A stretch of DNA of 64,000 nt from Candidatus Poribacteria bacterium WGA-3G (GTDB lineage Bacteria > Poribacteria > WGA-4E > WGA-3G): the NCBI GenBank assembly GCA_000406005.1, contig ASZN01000021.1, positions 3,309 through 67,308 of the forward strand. The letters are read 5' to 3'. The position numbers were made by a program, and so were the translations under genes. The notes under the pieces are model-generated. The model saw only the letters and a program-made list of their open reading frames with translations. It was not told the origin of the DNA and searched no databases. Position 1 is the stretch's first letter; each line of letters opens with the position of its first letter. This document shows, piece by piece, positions 1 through 9,928 of the stretch.

Positions 1-1
1 G

Positions 2-143
2 TTACACGAATACGCCAGTGGCGATGATGCGTTTATGTCTATTGAACTCTGCGGGGATTGGCTCACCTTCTACACGGGTGTACTTATTAGGCATACCGAC
101 ATAGAAATCTATCCAGCGATGGAACCCGCGTCTGAAAGTAAAT
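2..143 (+). CDS. 3' end of an unidentified upstream gene (partial; open frame ...LHEYASGDDAFMSIELCGDWLTFYTGVLIRHTDIEIYPAMEPASESK*)
   Basis: The frame is open from the window edge to a TAG at about 141-143. No recognisable domain; the call rests on coding-like composition only. Confidence 0.2.
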
Positions 144-341
144 AGGTTTTGTTTTTTCACTTGCTGTATTTACAGTTATAGGGGGCAGGGCCATTCAATT
201 GTACCTATTCACTTTATGTATGTGGATATTTTCTACCTGTAGGAGCGAGCTGTGCTCGCGATTTTCCCTAAGAATGTTCACATATATAAAGAAAAACCAA
301 GATCCAAATCGAGAATTGAATGGCCCTGTTATAGGGGGTGA

Positions 342-788
342 GTGCAAATGAACGTTCAAGATATGACAGATGCTGAAGTTTATGAATTAGCACTTGATAT
401 CCTTTTAGACAAACTGGGCCACACTGGGTTAATTCAGTTTCTGCAGCATTGTAAACCGTGCACCGGTGATTACACTGTTGAACGTCAGAAGCGGATGAAC
501 GATGGGACAACGGATGTCAAGACTATCGTCAAACGCATTCAAGAGAAACGGGAACTAATAGGGACAGAGAAAGTGAATGCAAAAAGTATGGACGACATGT
601 CGGGCATTGAGATTTATGAGTTTGGGCTCAAGGCGATTTCACTGGAACTCGGTCCTGTTGGAATAGTCCGGTTCGTTCATCTGTTTGATACTGATGAATA
701 CACTTATGCTCTTGAGAAACTCAAATTGCCTAATACCAATGACCGTGCCCTGAAGACAATAATAGAGCCAGAAACCGAGCGTACTTAG
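342..788 (+). CDS. hypothetical protein with two tandem copies of a ~50-aa domain; putative partner (antitoxin-like) of the downstream PIN protein
   Basis: GTG start. Internal duplication is visible (DMTDAEVYELALDILLDKLGHTGLIQF.. // DMSGIEIYEFGLKAISLELGPVGIVRF..). An 8-nt gap separates it from the PIN gene on the same strand. Confidence 0.5.
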   Translation: MQMNVQDMTDAEVYELALDILLDKLGHTGLIQFLQHCKPCTGDYTVERQKRMNDGTTDVKTIVKRIQEKRELIGTEKVNAKSMDDMSGIEIYEFGLKAISLELGPVGIVRFVHLFDTDEYTYALEKLKLPNTNDRALKTIIEPETERT

Positions 789-796
789 ACAGGCAA

Positions 797-1258
797 ATGC
801 GATTTCATGCCAAAAACTTGAGAGTCTATCTTGATACGTGTTGTGTAAATCGTCTCTTTGATCATCAGATGCAAGCCCGAGTCCAGCGTGAAACTCAAGC
901 GATAACCCAAATTCTTAGTTATTTTGTGACAATGAGATGGGACTGGCTTAGCAGCGTAATTTTAGAGGATGAAGTAAACGCGGACGCTGATTCAGAACGA
1001 CGCTCTCGAGTAAAATCAGTTATGGAACATGTACGCTACACGTTTTCCATAGGTGCATCTGAAGAAACAAGGGCTGAAGAACTGGAGAATTTGGGGTTTA
1101 AGCACTATGATGCTTTGCATATTGCGTGTGCCGAAAGTGGTGGTGCAGATGTTCTTTTGACAACCGATGACCGGATGTTACGACTCGCGAAACGCCACAG
1201 CGCACAACTTCAAGTCCACGTCGAAAATCCGTATACATGGCTGCAAACGATAACTTGA
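797..1258 (+). CDS. PIN-domain ribonuclease (VapC-like toxin)
   Basis: Acidic PIN residues are present: N-terminal YLDTC, LEDE, DALHIA, and TTDD near the C-terminus. Size is 153 aa. Confidence 0.75.
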   Translation: MRFHAKNLRVYLDTCCVNRLFDHQMQARVQRETQAITQILSYFVTMRWDWLSSVILEDEVNADADSERRSRVKSVMEHVRYTFSIGASEETRAEELENLGFKHYDALHIACAESGGADVLLTTDDRMLRLAKRHSAQLQVHVENPYTWLQTIT

Positions 1259-1758
1259 CATGTCAAAACAGCACGAAAACACTATCACAACGAAATTGGT
1301 AGACATCCTCAACAGGATGCGGAGCACTTGGACCCTTGAGGAGCAAACACGTCCTTTCAAAAATGAAACCTGTCTGTGTTGTCGGTGTCAGCGAATATCT
1401 CCGGGAACCGATCGACGTAGTTGTTGACATCATCGGTCGCAAACTCAATACTCCCAACGTCGGCATCAAGGATCAGCTCGAACATGTGCCTCCGCTTCAC
1501 AGAGACCGGGTTGTAATCGGCATCGTAAGCGTCGAAGACCCAACAGACCCCATTCGGGTGCATGATGCCTTGATGGAGTGTCGCGTCCGAAAGTCGTCGA
1601 ATATGGAAACAGACACTATTTTCTCTGCGTACCTCAGTCTCTTTTTTTTTAAATCAACCTTGTCATCGGAACCCTCTAACGTAATGTGTACGTCCATCTA
1701 TGTTTTCTCCTATGTCTTTCGGATTCAGTGGTTTATAATAGCAGGTGATCTAAGCACA

Positions 1759-2679
1759 TCAGTGCCGCATGTTTACCAGATAAATCCCAGCTGCGACGAG
1801 AATAGCACCACCGAGTAGGTGTAGCGTTAATTCATCTCCTAAGACTAAATAACTGAATAACACACCTGACAACGGGGTCGCGAAGAAAAGCACGACCAGT
1901 TTACTTGCACTGTATCTTTCCAGTATTGAAGTCCATGCCAAGAAACAGTAACCAGCGATAACACCACCTTGATAAAGAAGGGCAGCGGTACTTGCAAGCG
2001 TCAGCTGCATCGGCTCACCTCGTTCCAATATTAAATTCATTACGGCATAACAGGGGAGACTCAGGCTTAAATACCAGACGAGAAGTCGGTAGGGGTGTAT
2101 CGCTTGGACGAGGAGTTTTGTCACGACAACACGTAACCCCAAGAAACATCCACTGACGAGGACAAGAATATCGCCGATGATACTTGTTTCGCCTTCTCCG
2201 AGATTCGGGGCGACGGTTATAAAAACACCACTGAAGGCGACAATAATGCCCAATGTCTTTGGAACAGAGAGCCGTTCACCGGGAATCCAGAAATGTGCGA
2301 AGAGGGCAGTAAAAAACGGATAGACATTAATAAAAATTGTTGAACGTGATGCTGTCGTGTATTTCGTACCGGTGTTCAAGCAGATGATTTGGAGTATGAA
2401 AATCGCCGTGAGTAGCAGCAATCTTGGCAGTTCGCCACGTTGTAGACCGAGTGAGACACGGCGGTAAAGGGACCAACTCCCGACAACAACGAGGCCAATC
2501 ACAAATCGGAAAAACGCCAATGCCATCGGTGGGAAATCGTCTAAACCGACTTTTATTGACGGTGAATTTCCGCCCCAGAGAAAGGCAAGGAGTAGACTGA
2601 GCGCAATAATTTTCCCGTGCGGCTCCTCACTGATAACATTGGGTTTTGGTGGTGTTTCGGTACGCTCGTTTCTATGCAA
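1759..2679 (-). CDS. EamA/DMT-family (drug/metabolite) transporter
   Basis: 306 aa with about 10 hydrophobic helices arranged as two EamA-like halves. Confidence 0.85.
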   Translation of the reverse strand: MHRNERTETPPKPNVISEEPHGKIIALSLLLAFLWGGNSPSIKVGLDDFPPMALAFFRFVIGLVVVGSWSLYRRVSLGLQRGELPRLLLLTAIFILQIICLNTGTKYTTASRSTIFINVYPFFTALFAHFWIPGERLSVPKTLGIIVAFSGVFITVAPNLGEGETSIIGDILVLVSGCFLGLRVVVTKLLVQAIHPYRLLVWYLSLSLPCYAVMNLILERGEPMQLTLASTAALLYQGGVIAGYCFLAWTSILERYSASKLVVLFFATPLSGVLFSYLVLGDELTLHLLGGAILVAAGIYLVNMRH

Positions 2680-2730
2680 AGGGGATGGTTATCCTCATTG
2701 AAAATTGGCGTTCTTTCGGGGATTGCGCTA

Positions 2731-3534
2731 TCAATCGTAGGCTCCCGGGCGATGGTTCCCCATCAGGCGTTGTTGGCGTTCCGTCGCCTGCTCCAAGATC
2801 GCTGCATCGAACTGAAACCGGTTCAGGTAAGGCGGGAATTTCTGCGTTATCATACGGTTTGCATAATGCACTTGTAATAGGTAGCGCGTCTGATTGCTAC
2901 GGTTTGCGGTGCCACGGTGCCAGACCTCACTTCTGAAGAGCACGACATCACCGGCATTACAGAGGATACTCTGTTCTTTAGCGCCTTTCCATTCCGTCTC
3001 ACCATCTGGTCGCCGTCCGGACAGATGGCTGCCAGGAACGAACTTCGTCGGACCGAGGTCTTCGTAGAGGTCATCCAAGTAATAGTGTGCAGTTGTGATA
3101 AAAATCGGTACTTTAACGCGCGGGTCTTCCAAAATATCCATAGGAAGCGAGATCGGCAGCCAATCTGTGTGCAGTCCTTGGTCAGGACGCCCGGGACCTG
3201 TCACCCACGCCGTCATACCGATGACGTGGCAATCGGCACCGTGAACCGCCTCTGCCAATTCGATGACCGGAGACTTATCTAAGTATCGCAGAAAGACCGG
3301 ATCACGGTTGAAGGCGTTATTGATGTGTTTGTTGAGAAAACCGCTTCCATTTTCTGGGACGCTGTGCCGATCGAAACTCTCTGGGATCGCTGTCAGCTGA
3401 TCCATGGCTGCCCGAAGCTCGGCAAGTTCTGCGCCATCAATAACGTTCGGAAGATAGGCGTACCCATCTTCTTCCATCGCTTTCACTCGGTTTTCGAGGT
3501 CAGGATACGCAACGAGGGGTAAGGCTTGGCTCAT
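2731..3534 (-). CDS. phytanoyl-CoA dioxygenase (PhyH) family Fe(II)/2OG oxygenase
   Basis: GLHTDW ... VWHRGTAN motifs (HxD...H). Start moved to the ATG at 3534 (MSQALPL), which is preceded by GGAGG. Confidence 0.85.
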   Translation of the reverse strand: MSQALPLVAYPDLENRVKAMEEDGYAYLPNVIDGAELAELRAAMDQLTAIPESFDRHSVPENGSGFLNKHINNAFNRDPVFLRYLDKSPVIELAEAVHGADCHVIGMTAWVTGPGRPDQGLHTDWLPISLPMDILEDPRVKVPIFITTAHYYLDDLYEDLGPTKFVPGSHLSGRRPDGETEWKGAKEQSILCNAGDVVLFRSEVWHRGTANRSNQTRYLLQVHYANRMITQKFPPYLNRFQFDAAILEQATERQQRLMGNHRPGAYD

Positions 3535-3703
3535 TATCCTTTTTTCCTCCTTCTTGTGGAAAAAGCCTAAATAGATACTTCCGCAGATGTATTTTACAAC
3601 TTTCAAGGTGTCCTGTCAACTTTTTTCCGAACAAAACGTTAGTTAAGTGCATCCAAAATAGTGTAAAAGTAAAATAACATTTATAAAAAGGGAGAAAATT
3701 CAG

Positions 3704-3970
3704 ATGAAAAAAGAAAGAACATCCCCAGAAACGCATGAAACTCTTAATAAAGACACAGCTATCCGCGTCTTGGGAGTCGTCATGGAATCTTTACCGGGTA
3801 ACCTGTTTCATGTTAAATTAGAAGAGAACGACCACAAAGTCGTGGCGTACCTTGCGGGTAAACTGATGCGGCACAAAATCTGGGTGCTTCCCGGTGACCA
3901 TGTTACCGTCGAACTTTCTCCGTATGACTTAACGCGCGGACGTATTGTCTGGCGGAATCCGGGAGCGTAA
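3704..3970 (+). CDS. infA: translation initiation factor IF-1
   Basis: S1-like core [33 protein letters not shown] matches IF-1. Confidence 0.85.
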   Translation: MKKERTSPETHETLNKDTAIRVLGVVMESLPGNLFHVKLEENDHKVVAYLAGKLMRHKIWVLPGDHVTVELSPYDLTRGRIVWRNPGA

Positions 3971-4028
3971 GCAACGGCTTAAGGATGCGCGGTTGTGTTC
4001 AACCGCGTGTCCGCAGGTGAACCTAATT

Positions 4029-5018
4029 ATGGAAGGAATTGTTATAAAATCGAGAGGCGGTGCTTACGAAGTACAGGTTGGCGACCGTTGCTATACCTGT
4101 ACCGTACGGCATCACCTGATCGAAGAAGAGAAGCGTCGTCTCGATGAAACCAAAGAGATGCCTTATGTCGATCTCATCGCAGTCGGCGACCGCGTCCGTA
4201 TTTCGACACCGACACCGGCTGCGGATAACGGCTACATTGAGGCGTGTTTCCCACGCGAAACGCAATTTGGACGTATACGCATGGACGGTTGGCGACAGGT
4301 TATCGTTGCTAACTTAGAAATGCTGCTGATCATCTTCGCTGCCCGACACCCTACACTCAAGCTGCGGATGCTCGATAGATTCCTCGTCACCGCAGAGGCT
4401 TCGGATGTAGAACCCGTCATCTGTATCAACAAAATGGATCTGGCAAAATTGGAGAATGTACAGCGTGAACTAAAATTATATGAAGAATTAGGGTATAAGG
4501 TAGTTTATACAAGTATTGTAACCGGACTCGGTGTTGATGAGTTAAGAGAAACAATGCAAGATAAGATTTCCGCAATCGTCGGTTCATCTGGAGTCGGGAA
4601 ATCCTCTCTCCTTAACGCATTACAACCCGGGCTCCAATTACGCATTGGTGAAGTCGATGAGCGTATCCACAAGGGACGGCATACAACAACAGAAGTTATG
4701 CTGCTGCCCCTTGCGTTTGGCGGATTTGTCGCAGATACGCCCGGCATCCGAACGCTCGGACTGCTTGAAGTCGATGACGAACAGGGGTTAGATATCCATT
4801 TTCCTGAGATGCGCCCATATATCCCAGAGTGTAAATTTGCAGCATGCACGCACCAACACGAACCGGCATGTGCTGTCAAAGAGGCAGTTGAAACGGGTAC
4901 AATTAATACACTCCGGTATGAGAGTTATCTCCGGATCTCTGGATTCAAGGAGGGGAGATATGAACGAAACTCAGATAAGAGAAGATCGGACCGAAACACG
5001 AGAAGACGCAAACGCTGA
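4029..5018 (+). CDS. rsgA: ribosome small-subunit-dependent GTPase A
   Basis: G4-G1 circular-permuted GTPase (NKMDL...SSGVGKSSLLNAL) with a C-terminal zinc finger CKFAACTHQHEPAC. Start at ATG 4029, preceded by AGGTGA. Confidence 0.9.
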   Translation: MEGIVIKSRGGAYEVQVGDRCYTCTVRHHLIEEEKRRLDETKEMPYVDLIAVGDRVRISTPTPAADNGYIEACFPRETQFGRIRMDGWRQVIVANLEMLLIIFAARHPTLKLRMLDRFLVTAEASDVEPVICINKMDLAKLENVQRELKLYEELGYKVVYTSIVTGLGVDELRETMQDKISAIVGSSGVGKSSLLNALQPGLQLRIGEVDERIHKGRHTTTEVMLLPLAFGGFVADTPGIRTLGLLEVDDEQGLDIHFPEMRPYIPECKFAACTHQHEPACAVKEAVETGTINTLRYESYLRISGFKEGRYERNSDKRRSDRNTRRRKR

Positions 5019-5790
5019 CCTTCAGAAGTGGGAAGATGCTATCAGCAACTTGCTACGCATTATTGAGAGGAGTGAACGGAAACTCGGATATTTTCAGAAT
5101 AGAGTAAAACAGGCGAAATTCATGGATCGTCCGAACCAACGTAAGATTCGCACGGCTGGCGCGCAAGTTGGGGCACATTCGGCACAGTTGGAAGGACTTC
5201 GCAGTGAATTGCGGCAACTCGAACGTCTCTATAGTGGTGGTATCCACCTCCGGCAGACCACAGAGAACGAACTTCGCCAAATTTGGGGATGGATCAACCG
5301 ACCCGGCATCAGGAACCTTCTTTATACCGATCGGGTATCATTTGAAACATTCCTGAACGATTGGCGCCGTTGGGCATCCGACGCGAAAACACTGCCACTC
5401 GCTATTGAAATCCGAACAACACGTTTCCTCATCGGGTTTATCCTTCTTAAGCGCGACGCGGACACTGTTAAGATCCGATTCGTTATCATTCGACCGGACT
5501 ATCGCGCTCGCGGCTACGGCACTGACGCACTCATTGAGACCGTCCGTTACGCGTTCGAGGTACTCGATGCTGAGCACGTGACCTTAGAAGTATTAGACGG
5601 CAATGGACCCGCACTCACCTGCTTCGAGAATGCAGGATTCCAATATCTCAGTTACACCGAGACTGCCGGACAGGTGTACACGATGGGAATTGGGCGCAGC
5701 GAGTGGATCGGGGATAGCGTCGTAGATGAACAGAATGTTACGCCGCAATTGAGTGCCCCGCTCAAAGTGTTCTTTGATTCCGAAGAATAA
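4960..5790 (+). CDS. GNAT family N-acetyltransferase with a ~120-aa coiled-coil N-terminal extension
   Basis: GNAT core FVIIRPDYRARGYGTDALIETV...FENAGF. The start is uncertain: ATG 4960 (GGAGGGGAG SD) overlaps the rsgA 3' end, and 5122 is an alternative. Confidence 0.65.
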   Translation: MNETQIREDRTETREDANADLQKWEDAISNLLRIIERSERKLGYFQNRVKQAKFMDRPNQRKIRTAGAQVGAHSAQLEGLRSELRQLERLYSGGIHLRQTTENELRQIWGWINRPGIRNLLYTDRVSFETFLNDWRRWASDAKTLPLAIEIRTTRFLIGFILLKRDADTVKIRFVIIRPDYRARGYGTDALIETVRYAFEVLDAEHVTLEVLDGNGPALTCFENAGFQYLSYTETAGQVYTMGIGRSEWIGDSVVDEQNVTPQLSAPLKVFFDSEE

Positions 5791-5846
5791 TTTTCTTGCA
5801 AAAACTGAATGGGTATTGGGTGTCCAGCGCATGGCTTGAATTGAAA

Positions 5847-5884
5847 GGGACAGAGATGACAATTCTCTGTCCCTGATTTTTTGC
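5847..5884 (+). terminator. rho-independent terminator downstream of the GNAT gene
   Basis: Stem GGGACAGAG(...)CTCTGTCCC followed by TGATTTTTT. Confidence 0.7.
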
Positions 5885-6066
5885 AGAATAATTATAATCT
5901 TACCAAAAGTGCATCCAAAAGTGTGTTAAAACAATCAGACTGCATACCTTACGATCCATATCAATAGTGTTTTGAAATACAGCGCAATCCTTTTTTAACA
6001 GAATTACTGTGATGTTGGTAGACTGAACATCTTGAGTTATTACAACTATAGAAAAACAAAATATTC

Positions 6067-7620
6067 ATGGCAATGGAGAAAACTGTGATAAATCTTTGTA
6101 ATGTGCTAAAGAGTTCATCGAGTGTGCGAGTGCATGCGCATTGGCAGCCGATTTCGGATGCTACATTTAATATGCACAACGATTCACCACAACTCGCTGA
6201 GATGTTTGATCTGTCACCGTGCCACCCTGTCAAGGAATACGGGGTGGAAGATTTCAAGGTATTTCTTCCGTCTTCAACTGTAGCCGTAGGTGATCTATGG
6301 ACACTGGATCCGAACAGAATTGTTCCTTTCCTTTATCAGTTTCACCCAGGGGCAAGGGCTGATTTAGGTAACGGTGAGGAAGGCGCTTATGCGTGCTTAC
6401 GGGCATGTTCATCAGATTATGCGGAGATCACTTTCCGATTACATGCCGAGTTTACATTGGGAAATGTTGCACATCAGGAGCCGCAACAAGAAAACGCTGA
6501 AGAGGTGTCGGAACCGGAGTCCGAAGCTACGTTTATCCCATCGCAATATGTCGGACAGATGTTCGTCAATTTGAAAAGAGGAACGATTCGTGCGTTTTCG
6601 TTGGTACTACCTGCACGCAATAGCAATGTTGACATCAACGCCTGTGGTGGCGCGGATATGGTCTTTGTGCCGCGCATGGAGCTCCTCGCCACGGATGAGA
6701 CCGACCAAGATGAAATTGCGTGGGAGACAGTTATCACGGCAGAAAAAGCATGCCGTTCATTAGAATTGAAGTTTTACCCATTCGCGAAGATTGACTGGCT
6801 GCCGATCGAGAGGGCAGTTGAACGTGCGAAAGCAACGCACCGCCCGATTCATGCGATCCTTGTCTGGGGCTGCTTAGACGATGAATCTTGCTGAGCGAAC
6901 GGCAAATATTTGAGGGCGGGTCCGCTCTCCGATTCAGAAGTGATAGAGACACTCAACGAGAAGTTTGTCAATACATGGGTGCTTCTCAGGGAATTGCCAG
7001 AACTGATAAGTGGCGCGAAAGGCGAGACACCGAGCCTTGTGGCTAAAAAAATGCAACAGCATTATACCGACTCTGTGGATATTCTGGCGTTGACTCCCGA
7101 TGCGGAAGTCATTATGCATCAGCCGGAGTCGGCGCTGCCTTATAGGAAGCAGTCGCAGGCATATTTAACGGTGTTAAAGCATTCTGTAGCGGCATTTGAA
7201 GGAAGACGCACACGTGTAGGGAAAAGATCAAAATTAGATGGAAATCCGATCAGCTTGGGAACGGAATTGATGGAGATTTTGCATGTTTATGGCACGTCTA
7301 GCACCAACCCTCCAGATGACACGGTTGTTAAAATTGATACGACACCGTTTGAATCTGGTGGGATACTCCACATTGAAATACAGGTAGGTGCAGGCGAGTC
7401 GGCAGGGACGTTTGAGTTGTTTCATGACGACACCGAACTTTCCTCAAAAGGGGGTGCTGATGAAGCCCTTGATGGTGCATGGAATATTTCACCCGGTAGT
7501 ATCGGACACATTTTTCACAATTTCAGACGAGGTCGGCATTTCAAATTGGTCGCTACGGGTGCCGACGCTCAAAAAGCCACTGCTTTTTTGGCACGTGTTT
7601 CTGTTGTTTCGGATTATTAG
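6067..7620 (+). CDS. unknown N-terminal domain plus thioredoxin-fold (DUF255/YyaL-like) domain; single frame with one in-frame TGA (6892-6894); candidate selenoprotein
   Basis: ORFs 6067..6894 and 6910..7620 share one frame and are separated only by TGA. The second segment has no ATG and no SD. Sequence around the TGA (RPIHAILVWGCLDDESC-U-ANGKYL...SEVIETLNEKFVNTWVLLRE...ILALTPDAEV) aligns with the thioredoxin-like module of YyaL-type proteins (DKPIFLSIGYSTCHWCHV...EEIAKLLNENFVSIKVDREE...LTVFLTPDG). A hairpin GAGGGCG-GGUC-CGCUCUC lies 17 nt downstream. Confidence 0.5.
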
Positions 7621-7712
7621 GACTTAACGTGAGTTTGATAAAAGCAGAAGGACTATGTCAGTAAAAACGTTTTGTATTTGCTGAAAAGCGAAGGACTGAT
7701 AGAAGGAAAAGT

Positions 7713-8015
7713 TTGATGCTAACAACACTCATTCATCAAGAACTACTTGACAACCTGATGACGTTCCGCTTCGCCGCAGCAGTCTTTATCACACTGTTGC
7801 TTGTGGTTACAAATACCGCTGTGCTTATTAAGGACTATGAGCGACGCTTGGCAGGCTACAACGATGCTGTTAAAATGCATCAACGCCAACTCCAAGAGAC
7901 AAAAACCTATTCGGCAGGTGAAGTGTATGTTGATCGTCCACCTAACCCGTTAAGCATTTTCAATGTCGGATTCGATGAGCAACTTGAAAACAAGATTGAG
8001 GAGTTATTGACATGA
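7713..8015 (+). CDS. small single-pass membrane protein (hypothetical)
   Basis: One TM helix (AAAVFITLLLVVTNTAVLI). Its stop overlaps the start of the next gene (ATGA), which suggests translational coupling. Confidence 0.5.
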   Translation: MMLTTLIHQELLDNLMTFRFAAAVFITLLLVVTNTAVLIKDYERRLAGYNDAVKMHQRQLQETKTYSAGEVYVDRPPNPLSIFNVGFDEQLENKIEELLT

Positions 8016-9928
8016 AAACAGGACTATTTTTTCCGGTTATGCTTATCCTCTTATTAACCGCCGCTCTCTTTCTCCCGAGCAGCCCTGCACAAGATTACAC
8101 CCGATGGCAACTGCCTGAAGGCGCGATCGCGCGTTTTGGGAAGGGTATGCTCACCGAGTTCGTCTATTTGCCGGATGGTCATCGCCTCACCGTTTTGAGT
8201 TCGATCGGCACCTGGATATACGATGTCCGCACGGGTGAAGCACTGGATCTCATCACAGAACCGTTCACTGAAGATATGCGGCTCAGCCCCGATGGAAAGA
8301 CACTTGCTGCTGCAACGGACGGCAGCGTTTATTTATGGGACCTGCAGACTAAGAAATTGAAAAATGTTCTTGTAGGGGACACACATAGGATCGGTTCATT
8401 AACATTCAGCCCTACTGGAGAAACAGTCGCAGGCGGCACTTGGAACAATGCGATTCAACTGTGGGATATGCACACCGGTAAGTTGTTAAAGACCCTTATA
8501 GGACACACAGACCTTAACACAAGGTCTATGACTATTCGCTTTATCGCGTATTCGGACGATGGAAAGAGATTGGCGAGTGTCGGTTGGGAAGACAGAACAA
8601 CGATTCGTATTTGGGATGTGGAGACTGGACAACTCCGGCAGACGATCACTGAGCTTCCGAAACATATCTATAGTGTCGCATACTCGCCTGATAGTCAGTC
8701 CCTGGTGGGTGGCGGTAGCGATTCCAATATTTATCTTTGGGATGCTGGCACTGGAGAACGCCTAAAAACACTCGTTGGACATACAGCTGGCGTTGGTTCT
8801 GTGACCTACTCGCGAGATGGCACGACACTTGTGAGCGGGAGTTGGGATAAAACAATCCGCTTTTGGAACGCTAGCACCGGTGAACTCTTGAAAACCCTTA
8901 TCGGACATACGGAGGGTGGTGTTGCTGTAATGTACGCACCAGATGAAAAAACCGTTGCCAGTATGAGTTACTATGGCGGAACGATTCGTATTTGGGATGT
9001 GGGAACAGCCAAACTCTTGAAGACGATCACCGGACATACCGGCTCTTTTGGGAGATCAGTGGCGTTTTCACCGGATGGTCAGATGCTTGCGTATAATGGG
9101 ATGCCGGATAATACTATTCCGCTGCGCGATGTACAGAGTGGACAGCTTCTGAAAATCCTCACTGGGCATACAGATACTGTTAATTCGGTGCGGTTCTCAC
9201 CAGATAGCAGCGTGCTTGCGAGTGGGGGTTGGGATGGTAGTATCCGTTTATGGGATGTGGCGACTGGGCAGCTCCAAAAAACTATCACCGGACATGAGAA
9301 GGGTGTCCCTTCTATCAACTATTCACCGGACGGTGCAACCCTTATGAGTGGAAGTTGGGATAATACAATCCGTTTCTGGGATGTTGGGACGGGTAAACAC
9401 TTAAAAACCATAGTAGGGAACATCGCACAACTGGATGCGATCCAAGGTGTTAGGGCTATTGCCTTGAGTCCGGATGGGGGAACGATTGCCAGTGCAACGG
9501 ATGAAAAAGTGATTCGGTTATGGGACGTGCACACCGGTAAACTCAAAGACTCCCTTGTTGGACACACGAACGAGGTTGCTGCTGTCGCATTTTCTCCAAG
9601 TGGAGCCGTGCTTGCAAGTGGTAGTGACGATGCCACAGTGCGTTTATCGGATGTGGAAACAGGTAAACTGCTGAATACCTTCAAAGAGCCTACAAGAAGC
9701 AGTGTTTTATCCGTTGCCTTTAGTCCAGATGGACGTATACTTGCGAGTGGATGTTCTGGCGTGATTCGGTTGCGGGACACATCCACTAAGCGAAACACAG
9801 TGACCCTCACTGGACATACGACTTGGGTCCGGGCGTTAGCGTTCAGCCCTGATGGACACATACTTGCCAGTATAGACGAAAGTGGTGTGGTTATGCTATG
9901 GGATATGAACCAGGTTCGATGGCAATAG
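8012..9928 (+). CDS. secreted WD40-repeat beta-propeller protein (~14 WD repeats)
   Basis: Signal peptide, then repeated units of the form GHT..V.SVAFSPDG..LASGS.D.TIRLWDV.TG.LLKTL. Confidence 0.9.
   Translation: MKTGLFFPVMLILLLTAALFLPSSPAQDYTRWQLPEGAIARFGKGMLTEFVYLPDGHRLTVLSSIGTWIYDVRTGEALDLITEPFTEDMRLSPDGKTLAAATDGSVYLWDLQTKKLKNVLVGDTHRIGSLTFSPTGETVAGGTWNNAIQLWDMHTGKLLKTLIGHTDLNTRSMTIRFIAYSDDGKRLASVGWEDRTTIRIWDVETGQLRQTITELPKHIYSVAYSPDSQSLVGGGSDSNIYLWDAGTGERLKTLVGHTAGVGSVTYSRDGTTLVSGSWDKTIRFWNASTGELLKTLIGHTEGGVAVMYAPDEKTVASMSYYGGTIRIWDVGTAKLLKTITGHTGSFGRSVAFSPDGQMLAYNGMPDNTIPLRDVQSGQLLKILTGHTDTVNSVRFSPDSSVLASGGWDGSIRLWDVATGQLQKTITGHEKGVPSINYSPDGATLMSGSWDNTIRFWDVGTGKHLKTIVGNIAQLDAIQGVRAIALSPDGGTIASATDEKVIRLWDVHTGKLKDSLVGHTNEVAAVAFSPSGAVLASGSDDATVRLSDVETGKLLNTFKEPTRSSVLSVAFSPDGRILASGCSGVIRLRDTSTKRNTVTLTGHTTWVRALAFSPDGHILASIDESGVVMLWDMNQVRWQ

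Noticed and set aside
1336-1818. 160-aa plus-strand ORF
   Set aside because: No motif. It overlaps the 3' end of the EamA transporter gene on the opposite strand and the candidate minus-strand ORFs. Composition suggests it is non-coding.
6892-6894. Alternative genetic code (UGA=Gly/Trp) as the explanation for the in-frame TGA
   Set aside because: Several well-supported genes in the window, including rsgA and the M28 peptidase, terminate with TGA immediately before intergenic DNA. UGA is therefore a stop here. Sec recoding or a pseudogene are the remaining options.
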